Positions 10,667 through 20,546 of a stretch of 64,000 bases of DNA are shown here, piece after piece (within the stretch, counting starts at the first letter, position 1; every line of letters begins with the position of its first letter). The notes beneath the pieces are model-generated. The model did not search any database. It was not told the origin of the DNA and was given only the letters and a program-made list of their open reading frames with translations. Made by a program: the position numbers and the translations under genes. The stretch comes from Limisphaerales bacterium (GTDB lineage Bacteria; Verrucomicrobiota; Verrucomicrobiia; Limisphaerales; JAJOIW01), in contig CBFHOE010000002.1 of assembly GCA_965657355.1 (NCBI GenBank), positions 320,001-384,000 of the forward strand, read 5' to 3'.

Positions 10667-11209
10667 TTAAGAATCATCTCCATCCTGATTTTCGGCCTCA
10701 TCTCGGCTCAAATTAGGACGATCCAGACTCTCGATGACAACAGATTGGTAATATCCAGCCAATTCCAGCAGTAGAAATAATTGAGCCTGTTGCATGGATT
10801 CTTCTGGGATCTCATCTTGGATGAGTTTTTCGAGATTTTCCTTATCTTCAGGGCCAGGGCTACCCAATAGTTGCCAGGAGCTTATTCGGATGTCATTTAA
10901 GATCTGGAGCAACCATTCAACTTTATCCAGTCCGAGTCTTAAAAAATTTTGGCCATCTTCTTCATAAAATGTCACTGGAGAGTTGAGAAATGTGTCTAGA
11001 GTTGATTGCAGAGACTGACGCTCTGAATCCAGGCTTTCTTCTAAAAACTTCCTGTCCTCTTCCAATTCTCCTTCATGATCATTTTTAGAGAGCGTGACTT
11101 TCCATTTTGATGGAAGGGGAAAACAATTGAGAATGCTGAGCAGTTGGTCCTTACCACTGGGATGAAAACGAAAGGTGATTCTTTGATCTGTTTTTTCAAC
11201 TAATTCCAC
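10667..11209 (-). CDS. DUF2017-like protein
   Basis: WLLQILNDIRI resembles the DUF2017 core; located directly downstream of clpS; start uncertain. Confidence 0.6.
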   Translation of the reverse strand: MELVEKTDQRITFRFHPSGKDQLLSILNCFPLPSKWKVTLSKNDHEGELEEDRKFLEESLDSERQSLQSTLDTFLNSPVTFYEEDGQNFLRLGLDKVEWLLQILNDIRISSWQLLGSPGPEDKENLEKLIQDEIPEESMQQAQLFLLLELAGYYQSVVIESLDRPNLSRDEAENQDGDDS

Positions 11210-11287
11210 GAGTTTCCGATGGGAGTTGTTAAATTAAGAAAATGACGGTAATGGCTATTATGTAAAAAAGAAATCAAATAGTGCGGC

Positions 11288-11632
11288 CTACTCCTTCTCC
11301 AGGGTAGCCGTCAGCCTATACTGTTGCAGCTGGTGTACGTAATGCTCGGCCCGTTCTAACGTCTCACGTGTGAGCACACTTTTGCCGTTACTATGAACTT
11401 CTAGCATGTGTTTTTCCGCTCTCTTCCTGTCCCATCCGAAAACCTTCTGAAAAACGTGTGTGACGTAATTCATCAAATTGACGGGATCATCCCAGCATAT
11501 GACTAGATATGAAGGCGCTAGCTCCTTTTGTTCTAAAATTAGAGTATTTGTATCCTTGTTAGGACTGGACCATTGGTCAGAATCTTTGTGGCACTTTTGT
11601 GAATAAACAGCACTCATCTTAATCTCACTCAT
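11288..11632 (-). CDS. clpS: ATP-dependent Clp protease adaptor ClpS
   Basis: VICWDDPVNLMNYVTHVFQKVFG...MLEVHSNGKS...LTATLEK. Confidence 0.92.
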   Translation of the reverse strand: MSEIKMSAVYSQKCHKDSDQWSSPNKDTNTLILEQKELAPSYLVICWDDPVNLMNYVTHVFQKVFGWDRKRAEKHMLEVHSNGKSVLTRETLERAEHYVHQLQQYRLTATLEKE

Positions 11633-11897
11633 AAGAAATTAAACTCCAGCATGTGTGTCATTTCTTCACAGCTTACTCAACTGTTATTCCCATTCAATAT
11701 TTAAAATTTTAAAAAAACGGCCATAAATAGGCTAGAAATGGAATATTTATGGGATTAACAGTTGTTAATAACTTGTCATTGATTGAAGTTTAGTTGATTA
11801 TGCCCGCGACGAGTTGTTCCCAACCACAAGCTTGAAACTTTCAGTTACGTGGTTGCGTTCCCTGTACACTACAAATTTAGAGCCTTGCTGATTGGTT

Positions 11898-14555
11898 ATG
11901 GTTGCTCCTGTTTTTAATAATTCGGAACCTCTAACGGTTGATGAAATTGAAAGGCTGCCCAGATGGGCGGCGGTCGCCCTTGCGGCCAGATGTGCCATGC
12001 GCATATCTCCTATAATAGGCATTTCTGGTAAATTACACTACTGGAGGACGGAGGCTTCAGCAAATGCCACCGCCATTGAACTCGTTCCATTCCAGGTCGC
12101 ATTCTCGTCGGTTTCAGGAACGGACCAGAGCCTCCATATCGTTAAGTCCATTGTTGCGAGAGCAGGCGAAAAAGCGGAGGCAGCAAATGCCATGGCTGAA
12201 GCAGCCGCAGTGGCTGCATGTTCAAGAGCTGCAGCCGCATCGATTGCGGCAGCTGGCAAGGGCGCAGCAGTTACTAGGGCGGCGACCGCGGCAGCCGTGA
12301 GAGCCACAGATGTCAGGGCAGCAACAGCAGCAAGAGAGGGCTTGACCCAAATCCAAGGAATTGATCATAGAGCGGCAACAGCGGCGGCTAGAGCGATTCA
12401 GTCCGCTACAAAATCAGACTGCCAGCTCCTATTCAAACTTATCGGCTCAAATACAGACGATGACTGGTGCGCACCATTGGATTTCTACGAGATGCCACTT
12501 TGGCCTGAAGGCAACCTGCCGGAAGGATGGAACCAACTCCTGAGCATGTGGGAGGAGGCTCTTAGCCAGATAAATCAGCGGGAAATTTATGAAAGACATT
12601 TAGCATGGATTCAGGGCGGAGCGATCGCCTGGGATCAAATGGAAACTCGACTACAAAGTTGGGTAGAATCCCTTTCACAAACCAAAACCGAGGAACCTCA
12701 CTACAGCAAGCCAGTAGATTATGTGAACGAGAGTGATTTGGATAATGAGCCAGAACAAGCCGTTGAGCAAAAAAGTCAAACTCAATCGAAAGAGAGAGGC
12801 AGTGATCTATCCGGAAGAGCTATCGGGGAAAATCTAGATATTGCCCCATCCGAGACTCAATCCGCATCTGGCCCAGCTCTTCCCCTCTCGGATGCGGTGG
12901 CAAGTAATGACATTTTGGATCGTGAAAGTCTCATTTCATCTCTCGGAGCACTACTGGCATCACCAAGACAAAGGAGTCCATTCACGCTGGGTATTTTTGG
13001 AAATTGGGGATCAGGTAAATCTTCAGTACTCGCTCAGGTAAAACAAAGGCTTTCCCATCGGCCGTACAAAGATCAGTTTGACTTCGCGACATTCAGTCCC
13101 TGGGAGAATCGCCATAGTGACTCTATCCAAACCGAAATCGTAAAATCGATTGTTTCGGGATTAACCAACAAAGTGGATAGAAAAAGCCGACTCAAGCTGA
13201 TGTGGGATTTCATAAGGCATGAACCAAAGCAAATGGTTTACAAGGGACTCATCGCCCTCTGCTTCTATCTGGTAGCATCATTTGGATTGGGAATCGTTGC
13301 CCTTGCTCTGAACAATCCCATCGTCCACGCAGTTTATGGGGTTACTTTTCTTTCTGGGCTTGGTTTGTTTATCTGGCAACTCTGGAAACAAATACAACCG
13401 GCTTTCGAACAAGCATTACCTTTTCCAGTTTCTCTGCGCATAGATTTACCAAAAAAGGAAGCCCCTCAAACAATCTCTTCTGCTGACTGGAAACAACAAC
13501 TTAAGACGCTCTGTGAGCTGAGGCTTCGATCACAAAACCCAATGGCGCCAAGGAGGTTGGTTCTCTTGATAGACGACATTGACCGCTGCGCATCCGATGT
13601 CATCGTGGAGACATTCGACTCGATACAGCTCATCGCAGATTTACCTGGAATTATAACCATCGTGGCCACTGATGATGGGGTTGCCATGCAGGCAATTGCA
13701 GAACAGTATAGGGAGGTTGCAGATGAGACTCGATCGGCATCTGTCTTAGCAAGAAACTATCTAGGAAAACTTTTTCAAGCGTCAATCGCTCTGAACAATC
13801 CATCAAGAGCGACAATCAGAAAATTCGTGGAAACCTGGTTATTTCCTGAGGCTGGCGAGTCAAGTCATCGACAAAAACCGGAAGCCAGCGTTCAAATTCC
13901 CGAGACACAGACTCAATCTCAATCGGAATCATCATCGCCGCTTTACAATAAATTGGTTGAAGACCCGGCTCTCTCTTCAGATTCAGGTGCTATAACCATT
14001 GAGCAAGTTTTGCAGATCGATATGCGCGACACAAATAGAGATAAGTCCATGTTTATCGATTTAGCTGATTTATTCGAAATAAACAATCCAAGGCAACTCA
14101 TACGCCTTAGAAATTCTTATCGTCTCGCAAAAGCCTTTAACCGAATAAGAAGGTATGATGAAAATCTCACTGAATTTGGCTTGAGTAAAATCATGACTTT
14201 GATGTTTTGGGAGGAATATCTCAGAACCCAAACGACTGAAACCAGAGAGTTTGCCCAGGTTGCCATCCACTCTAATGACCAGATCGATAAGGCCTCATTC
14301 GCAATCGCAACAATTGACGGCATAAATAGAATACGGGACGTATTCGATTTGTCATCGGACGATGAGTCCATGACAAAAGTCACCGAATACAACAAATTGA
14401 ATGAATTTGTGAATCAATTCCTCCTCCCATACACCCTGTCTCCAGAAACAACAAAAACAGAATCAGAGTCTCAACCCAATAATGATTCGAAAGCTAATGA
14501 ATCTGAAGAAATGAACGAGGAAATGGAAGATTCCGTCAGACTCATGAAGCGATAA
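11898..14555 (+). CDS. KAP-family P-loop NTPase with two TM helices and an Ala-rich N-terminal domain
   Basis: Walker A GNWGSGKS, FSPW, two TM segments, Walker B LVLLIDDIDRC, YLGKLFQ, NPRQLIRLRN; ATG 11898 preferred over TTG 11892. Confidence 0.88.
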   Translation: MVAPVFNNSEPLTVDEIERLPRWAAVALAARCAMRISPIIGISGKLHYWRTEASANATAIELVPFQVAFSSVSGTDQSLHIVKSIVARAGEKAEAANAMAEAAAVAACSRAAAASIAAAGKGAAVTRAATAAAVRATDVRAATAAREGLTQIQGIDHRAATAAARAIQSATKSDCQLLFKLIGSNTDDDWCAPLDFYEMPLWPEGNLPEGWNQLLSMWEEALSQINQREIYERHLAWIQGGAIAWDQMETRLQSWVESLSQTKTEEPHYSKPVDYVNESDLDNEPEQAVEQKSQTQSKERGSDLSGRAIGENLDIAPSETQSASGPALPLSDAVASNDILDRESLISSLGALLASPRQRSPFTLGIFGNWGSGKSSVLAQVKQRLSHRPYKDQFDFATFSPWENRHSDSIQTEIVKSIVSGLTNKVDRKSRLKLMWDFIRHEPKQMVYKGLIALCFYLVASFGLGIVALALNNPIVHAVYGVTFLSGLGLFIWQLWKQIQPAFEQALPFPVSLRIDLPKKEAPQTISSADWKQQLKTLCELRLRSQNPMAPRRLVLLIDDIDRCASDVIVETFDSIQLIADLPGIITIVATDDGVAMQAIAEQYREVADETRSASVLARNYLGKLFQASIALNNPSRATIRKFVETWLFPEAGESSHRQKPEASVQIPETQTQSQSESSSPLYNKLVEDPALSSDSGAITIEQVLQIDMRDTNRDKSMFIDLADLFEINNPRQLIRLRNSYRLAKAFNRIRRYDENLTEFGLSKIMTLMFWEEYLRTQTTETREFAQVAIHSNDQIDKASFAIATIDGINRIRDVFDLSSDDESMTKVTEYNKLNEFVNQFLLPYTLSPETTKTESESQPNNDSKANESEEMNEEMEDSVRLMKR

Positions 14556-14603
14556 TATTTCCAATTTCAACAAAGGGAGAATTACCAGCTCACCTGAAAT
14601 ACT

Positions 14604-14638
14604 TCAAAGCCGGCATTTGCCGGCTTTGATTTTTTTTT
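14604..14638 (+). terminator. Intrinsic terminator after the KAP NTPase gene
   Basis: TCAAAGCCGGC-ATTT-GCCGGCTTTGA followed by T9. Confidence 0.9.
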
Positions 14639-14703
14639 AAGCTATGAGATTCTTGTGACATAAGTTCAAAAAAACGACCCACTGGTCCGCAGAAGCCACG
14701 ACG

Positions 14704-17700
14704 ATGCAATCAAGCCTAAGAACTAGAGCCAAAATCATGATTTATTCAATAGCTCTATTTTGCGTAGTGCTATTTCAACTTAGAGCATTTGGTCAACCGG
14801 CTAATTTGAAAAAAAGTGTATGGAGGAAAATCGACACTGTAAATAACTCAGGAGATGAGAACATTCGATTCATAACCCCTGGTTTTAAAGACAGAGTTTG
14901 GATAACCTATAATGCTTCAGATGAGGTCTCCGGAACCGATGGATACGAGGTTGAAAATATCCCAGTAACTTCGAGCTGGAGAAGAAGATTATACGAAAGT
15001 AGAACAGGCCAGCTTTGGACTTCAAATACCAAAGAGATTCTTCTTTATAAAAACAACACTTGGGAAAGCTTCAAATTGAGTGGCTCCGAATTCGAGAAAC
15101 CGATATTGGGGATTCTTCCAACAGAGTATAATAAAGTTTTAGTTCTGCATTCAGAATCACTCATAGAAAGTGATGTGCAATCCAGCGGAATCGTATCACT
15201 TTTAGAGTCCAGAAATCAAAAACTGGGTCCCTTCTTAGACATTAGGCTAGCAAAAGATGAAGGAGCTTGGATCATTGCTCAAAACGGACTGGCTCGAGTC
15301 ATCCCTCCGCTGAGAAATCTTAAAAGAAGATTTAACCCTGAAATAATTTTGCTACCTCCTGATTCTCCATATGTCCTTGGTCGCTCATTTATGGAGATTG
15401 AACCCGGCCTTGTTTTAGTTCAAGGAATGCTAAAGCAAAATTCAAACGCTGAAACAACATCGGGTTCCAACCGATTACTTTCATGGAATGGCGAAGAATG
15501 GAAACTTGTAATGCAAGATTTCTCGGATTGGAGTCAAATTTTATCTGAAAAAGTAAGGGAACATATTTTAGATGAAAAATTTATTTCACCTGAAATTTTG
15601 GAACCGGTAAAAGTAGATAAAAATACCTCTATCCGAATTAATGATTTGGCTTTAATGCCGGACGGTTATTTTATGATCGCCACCGACATGGGCGTTTACA
15701 AGGAGTGCGCGAGCCAATGGCGCCAATACTCAGCTGAAAAAAGCTTATACATTATCAACAATAGTTCGATTGAGACAGAGGGCAATTTGATGAGCTTGAC
15801 TAGAAAGGGAGTTTCAAGCATTTCCTCCGAATCAAGAAAAAGTCAGTCCGTCGTAGAATGGCCAAAATCAAAGCGGAACGAGATTTCGGAATCAAAAATT
15901 GCCGTATGTGAATTGGCTGAAAGAAATTTTATTATCCAAATCGATGGTCAAAATTTTTTGTTCAATGCTGAGCAGGCTAAGTGGATGGAGGATCAACCAC
16001 TACGTCCTGAGGATGATGCAAAAATAGTCTATTCAACAGTTAGTAATGAAAGTGATATAAGCCTTTTACAAATTGTAACTGATGAACAATCTTCATCCTA
16101 TGCCCTATGGGGTATGGATTCTAATAAAAATCATTTTTTTCTCTCAAGCATACCCAATTATGTCGTCGGGCAATCTCAGTTAATTGACATTGCTCGAACC
16201 GACTCGAATCAAATATGGATTGCGACTTCTGCCGGTTTATATTTTTTTGATAATGAGCAATGGGAATTTTTTAGTTTCAGTGCAGATGCAATTCAAGCCT
16301 CGGTCTCGGACATCAGCATGTTGGACAGAGGCTTACCCATTTTTGCCACAGATAAAGGAATTCTTGAATTTAATGGCAATTCCTTTTCACAGGTGTTGAG
16401 GACAGACTCACCGATTAATTCCATTATTAAAACCCAAAACGGGGTTATATGGGCTTCAAGCGATGAAGAAGTTTATTGTTATATTGAGTCTACTTGGGTT
16501 CCTTTTTCCTTCTCAGAGCTATCAAAAAATTTGAAGATTAACTCCATATCCGAAGGGTCAAGAAACGGTGTTTGGTTGTCCACTGATGGTGGTATTTTTG
16601 CTTATTCTCCGTCAGCCGATTATGATGCTCCTAACACCCTTATATTAAATAAAGCCCAGGAATTTACTCCATCAAGAAGTGGAAACATTTCAATAGAAAT
16701 AGATGGGATAGATAAATGGAGGCATACATTATCGGAAAATATATTCTTTAGCTATAAGCTAGACGATAATGATTGGTCCCAGTTTCAAAAGATTAAATCT
16801 TTGACTCTCCAAAACCTTTCAAGTGGTGAGCATAAAATAATGGTAAGATCTATGGACGGGAATGGGAATATTGATTTTTCTCCAGAAATGTGGAATTTCA
16901 ATTTGAGTATCCCATGGCATTACGACTCAAGAGTATTAACGATGGTCTTGATAACAACCATAAGCCTTCTGTTTTTGTCTTGGATGGCCGTAGATCGACA
17001 TCGCAATCTTCAAAAATCATACAGAGATGTGGAAAAAATTGTGAAAGAAAGAACGCGTCAACTTGAAAAGGCCAATGAGCAGCTTCTTATGCACAAAAAA
17101 ATGAGAGCGATGGGTGCTCTTGCATCGGGTGTCGCTCACGATTTCAACTCTATACTCTCAATTGTCCAAGGCTCAGCCAATATTATCAAAATAAACATCG
17201 GAAATCCTGAGAAAATCGAAAAACGTGTCGACCGTATTGAAACAGTAGTCAAGCAAGGCACCACGCTTGTCAGAGCGATGCTTGGTTTTGCTAGAGACAA
17301 AAAAATTCAATTATCTGAAGTTAATGTATCTGAGGTTATTAATTCGACCTTGGAAATATTAAATGACAAAAAACCAGAACACGTCACAATTAACTTAAAA
17401 ATTGATGAGTCTCTTCCTATGGTGCGAGGAAATGTTGAATATTTGCAACAAATACTGGTTAATTTATTGCTTAATGCTTTTGACGCTTTGGACAATAGAG
17501 GGTTAATACTGATTGAAGCATCAACTAAAAACCCTTCATCTGAAAGCACATCTTTTAAGGCTTTAAAACCCGACCCAGATTTAGAGCACATCTTTTTAAA
17601 TATCACAGATTATGGCGCGGGAATAGAACCAAAAAATCTGGAGAGGATTTTTGAACCGTTCTTCACAACCAAGGCCCTTTCTACCAAAAAAGGTACTGGG

Positions 17701-17853
17701 CTTGGTTTATCCATGGTTTATGAATTGGCACAGCAATTGGGGCTCGGGCTGTCCGTAGGATCAATAGAAAATGATCACACCACTTTCAGCTTGTGTGCAC
17801 CAGTAATCAGCATTACTCAATCAGGTGGAAATTCTTCACCTCAAAAGGGATGA
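14704..17853 (+). CDS. Sensor histidine kinase with periplasmic beta-propeller and Y_Y_Y domains
   Basis: Signal peptide, propeller repeats (IWIATSAGL, VWLSTDGGI), FSYKLD..WS..LSSGEHKIMVRS, TM, H-box GVAHDFN, N-box NLLLNA, DYGAGI, IFEPFFTTK, GTGLGL; no receiver domain. Confidence 0.92.
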   Translation: MQSSLRTRAKIMIYSIALFCVVLFQLRAFGQPANLKKSVWRKIDTVNNSGDENIRFITPGFKDRVWITYNASDEVSGTDGYEVENIPVTSSWRRRLYESRTGQLWTSNTKEILLYKNNTWESFKLSGSEFEKPILGILPTEYNKVLVLHSESLIESDVQSSGIVSLLESRNQKLGPFLDIRLAKDEGAWIIAQNGLARVIPPLRNLKRRFNPEIILLPPDSPYVLGRSFMEIEPGLVLVQGMLKQNSNAETTSGSNRLLSWNGEEWKLVMQDFSDWSQILSEKVREHILDEKFISPEILEPVKVDKNTSIRINDLALMPDGYFMIATDMGVYKECASQWRQYSAEKSLYIINNSSIETEGNLMSLTRKGVSSISSESRKSQSVVEWPKSKRNEISESKIAVCELAERNFIIQIDGQNFLFNAEQAKWMEDQPLRPEDDAKIVYSTVSNESDISLLQIVTDEQSSSYALWGMDSNKNHFFLSSIPNYVVGQSQLIDIARTDSNQIWIATSAGLYFFDNEQWEFFSFSADAIQASVSDISMLDRGLPIFATDKGILEFNGNSFSQVLRTDSPINSIIKTQNGVIWASSDEEVYCYIESTWVPFSFSELSKNLKINSISEGSRNGVWLSTDGGIFAYSPSADYDAPNTLILNKAQEFTPSRSGNISIEIDGIDKWRHTLSENIFFSYKLDDNDWSQFQKIKSLTLQNLSSGEHKIMVRSMDGNGNIDFSPEMWNFNLSIPWHYDSRVLTMVLITTISLLFLSWMAVDRHRNLQKSYRDVEKIVKERTRQLEKANEQLLMHKKMRAMGALASGVAHDFNSILSIVQGSANIIKINIGNPEKIEKRVDRIETVVKQGTTLVRAMLGFARDKKIQLSEVNVSEVINSTLEILNDKKPEHVTINLKIDESLPMVRGNVEYLQQILVNLLLNAFDALDNRGLILIEASTKNPSSESTSFKALKPDPDLEHIFLNITDYGAGIEPKNLERIFEPFFTTKALSTKKGTGLGLSMVYELAQQLGLGLSVGSIENDHTTFSLCAPVISITQSGGNSSPQKG

Positions 17854-18669
17854 AGTTCTCTTACTTAGCCAATACATATCTTCATTATTGGGCGAAGCAA
17901 TATTAAGGGGAATCAATCGGTTTACAACACGTGGGCGAGTTCGACCATCTCTCCATCTGCGAATTTCAGAGTGCCCATCGGCATACGCAATATTAGCACC
18001 ACCACTGTGGAAACTGGCCGGATAATCAATAATCTTGGTGGTAATTCTTCTTTCAGACATCTGATTTGCAAATCCCCCAGCGTTGATGCTAGAAGGATGT
18101 TCATCCATGATAACCCATAGCATGGAGGGCTGAGGATTATTCATATCCGTTGTCTTGTGGAAGAGTCGGTATTTGGATTTTGGCAACCAAAATCCTGAGG
18201 CAGATTTATCGGGATCGCCGATAGCAGTGAAAGCTTGGCTCATACCATAACTCCTTACTCGGTCATGTCTTCTGCCAGCTCTGGTTACAAAACTCCTATC
18301 AGATGGGCACTTATATAAATTTGGATTTTTTACATATCGGGCCAAAGCGGAAACTTTAGGATCCACCAGCTGCCATTTGTTAGTATTGTCCGTATTAGAT
18401 CCATTGAAGTCAAGCCACCCGGCTACCCAAGATGAGGTCTCAAATCGACTATTACCTGGATTAGGAACTATTTCATTGTTGTCACCAGCATACGTTAACC
18501 AGCCGGTTATAACTTGCCTGGCATTACTTAAACACTTGGTCTGCCTCGCCTTTTCTTTTGCTTTCGACAAACTTGGAAGAATCATTGAGGCCAGTATTGC
18601 TATGATCGCAATTACTACCAGTAACTCAATTAAAGTAAAAGCGCTCCTTTTTATAAGAGTAATTTTCAT
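17836..18669 (-). CDS. Prepilin-type N-terminal cleavage/methylation domain protein (H-X9-DG C-terminal motif)
   Basis: [44 protein letters not shown]. Confidence 0.9.
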   Translation of the reverse strand: MKITLIKRSAFTLIELLVVIAIIAILASMILPSLSKAKEKARQTKCLSNARQVITGWLTYAGDNNEIVPNPGNSRFETSSWVAGWLDFNGSNTDNTNKWQLVDPKVSALARYVKNPNLYKCPSDRSFVTRAGRRHDRVRSYGMSQAFTAIGDPDKSASGFWLPKSKYRLFHKTTDMNNPQPSMLWVIMDEHPSSINAGGFANQMSERRITTKIIDYPASFHSGGANIAYADGHSEIRRWRDGRTRPRVVNRLIPLNIASPNNEDMYWLSKRTSSLLR

Positions 18670-18712
18670 AAATCCTATTGTTAGCTTCTGAAAACTGGAC
18701 TAAAAAATAAAC

Positions 18713-18737
18713 AAAAAAAGACCTGGTTAGGTCTTTT
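18713..18737 (-). terminator. Intrinsic terminator after the DUF1080 gene
   Basis: Minus strand AAAAGACCT-AACC-AGGTCTTTTTTT. Confidence 0.65.
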
Positions 18738-18771
18738 GGCAGTATAGAAATCATTTTTAAATTTCTTAAAA

Positions 18772-19494
18772 TTATTTTATCTCTCTGATTCTTACGTTTT
18801 TCACTTTAAGAGTCATTGGTGGGCCGGCGTGCAACTGAAGGGCCAAGATACCAGATTTGCTTCGACCTGCTGGATGCTCATCAATGGTTATTGAGGTCAC
18901 CCGCCCATTGATCATGTGGGTTAGCTGGTTGCCATTTGCTATTATAGTGTATTGATTCCAGTCATCTTTTTTTATTAGAGCCTGAATGTCCTCAGACTTG
19001 CCGAGAGAACCAATGACCTGGACTTGATGGCGACTTGGGTCTCCAGGCTTTGGAATAATTTTAGAAACGGTTCCTCTTTGAGCGAGAATCCCTCGTCCTT
19101 TTTCGTGATACATGATCCCGGAGTAAACATCATTACTGGCCATATCCGCCTGATAACCAGAGACGACCCACTTCGACACTTCCTTGCTTCTATATTGAAT
19201 CCCTGAGTTTCCTCCAATTAATTTATAATCAAGACGCAATTCGAAATCATCAACGGAGTCATTTCTGTATATGAGGAATGTATTTCCTTTTGTTGGATTT
19301 TCTTTCGTTGTGGTTCCATCAATGGCTCCGTCTTTCACGGACCAAAATTTTGGATTACCGTCCCAACCATTGAGATCTTTCCCATTAAATAGTGAAACAA
19401 ATCCCGGTTCATCTGCCGCAGGTAATGAAACCGAACAAATCACGACGAATGCAGTCAGAATCATTAGTTTCACTTTTTTAATTTTCTTATTCAT
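18772..19494 (-). CDS. DUF1080 (3-keto-disaccharide hydrolase family) secreted protein
   Basis: Signal peptide, LFNGKDLNGW, DFELRLDYK, NSGIQYR, GYQAD, WNQY, GILALQLH. Confidence 0.9.
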   Translation of the reverse strand: MNKKIKKVKLMILTAFVVICSVSLPAADEPGFVSLFNGKDLNGWDGNPKFWSVKDGAIDGTTTKENPTKGNTFLIYRNDSVDDFELRLDYKLIGGNSGIQYRSKEVSKWVVSGYQADMASNDVYSGIMYHEKGRGILAQRGTVSKIIPKPGDPSRHQVQVIGSLGKSEDIQALIKKDDWNQYTIIANGNQLTHMINGRVTSITIDEHPAGRSKSGILALQLHAGPPMTLKVKNVRIREIK

Positions 19495-19529
19495 ATCAAT
19501 TTCGATGAGTAAAATTTTAGGTTAATTTA

Positions 19530-20372
19530 TTACAGTGCCTTTTTGAGGAACTTTATTCCTTTGGTTGCAATTTCGTTTTTAGTTTTCTCCATGGACCGCC
19601 AAATTGAGGCAGCTTTTGCGATCACCTTGACATCGGTTGTGAAAGATTCTATCACGACGTCCCCTTCATACTTTGCAGCCTTGAGTGCAGCGGCGATACT
19701 TGGCCAATCAATATGGTCGTTACCAGGTGTTCCACGATCACTTCCACAGGCATGGAAATGTGCCAATTTTTTGCCAGCTTTTTTTATTGCTTTAGCTTGG
19801 TTTTTTTCCTCGATGTTCATGTGGAAAGTGTCCAAATGAAGCTTTAGAACAGGACTGTCCACATCTTTAAGCATTTTGAGGCCTTGGTCGCATGTATTTA
19901 TAAAATCGGTTTCAAATCTATTGAGAGGTTCCAGACAAATCTGCACGCCTTTTTTCTCCGCGTAGGCGCAAACTTTCTTGAGATTTCGAACGACGGCTTT
20001 CCAATGCCTTGCCTTCTCTTTTTCTGTGTAGGCATCTGCACGTCCAACAGCTGAATAAACTGGACCAATTAAGCTCGGGCATCCGAGGACAACCATTTGG
20101 TCGATGAGTGCCTTGAGGTATGTGATTCCAGTTTTCTGTTGTTCGACAGATCCTCTTAAGTCCCGATCAGGCCCCATGCAGGCACAAACGCTCCCACAAG
20201 CCAGTCCTGCTTTATCGAGCTCTGCACGAACATGCGCAGGGTCGATGTGGGATGGATCTTCGATTGGAAGCTCAACCGTCTCAAATCCCCACCGCTTGAC
20301 TTGTTTAAAAATATTAGTGCTGTCGTCAGTGAAAGGAGATACCAACAAGAATGTATTTAGTCCGAGTCTCAT
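19530..20372 (-). CDS. D-tagatose/D-psicose/L-ribulose 3-epimerase family protein
   Basis: EPLNRFET, LDTFHMNIEE, HFHACGSDRGTPG, ESF metal/catalytic residues. Confidence 0.85.
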   Translation of the reverse strand: MRLGLNTFLLVSPFTDDSTNIFKQVKRWGFETVELPIEDPSHIDPAHVRAELDKAGLACGSVCACMGPDRDLRGSVEQQKTGITYLKALIDQMVVLGCPSLIGPVYSAVGRADAYTEKEKARHWKAVVRNLKKVCAYAEKKGVQICLEPLNRFETDFINTCDQGLKMLKDVDSPVLKLHLDTFHMNIEEKNQAKAIKKAGKKLAHFHACGSDRGTPGNDHIDWPSIAAALKAAKYEGDVVIESFTTDVKVIAKAASIWRSMEKTKNEIATKGIKFLKKAL

Positions 20373-20546
20373 AATGTTTGTGATTGATATAAAATTATAG
20401 ACTTATTTGGTTGTGGTCAAAGTCTTTCCAATGTGATCCATGATTAAAAAAAGTAATGAGGCTTTTGATAAATAAAATGAAATCGACACTGCATGCGTTC
20501 GAGTCGTAATCTCGTGAGGTCCAGATTAATATGAATCACTTGAGAA

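Noticed and set aside
10438..10716. 92-aa plus-strand ORF
   Set aside because: Antisense to the small basic protein gene, which has an RBS, terminator and family match
12038..12390. GCA/GCG-rich stretch as a tandem repeat or separate ORFs
   Set aside because: Explained by Ala codons in the KAP protein N-domain; no fixed repeat unit
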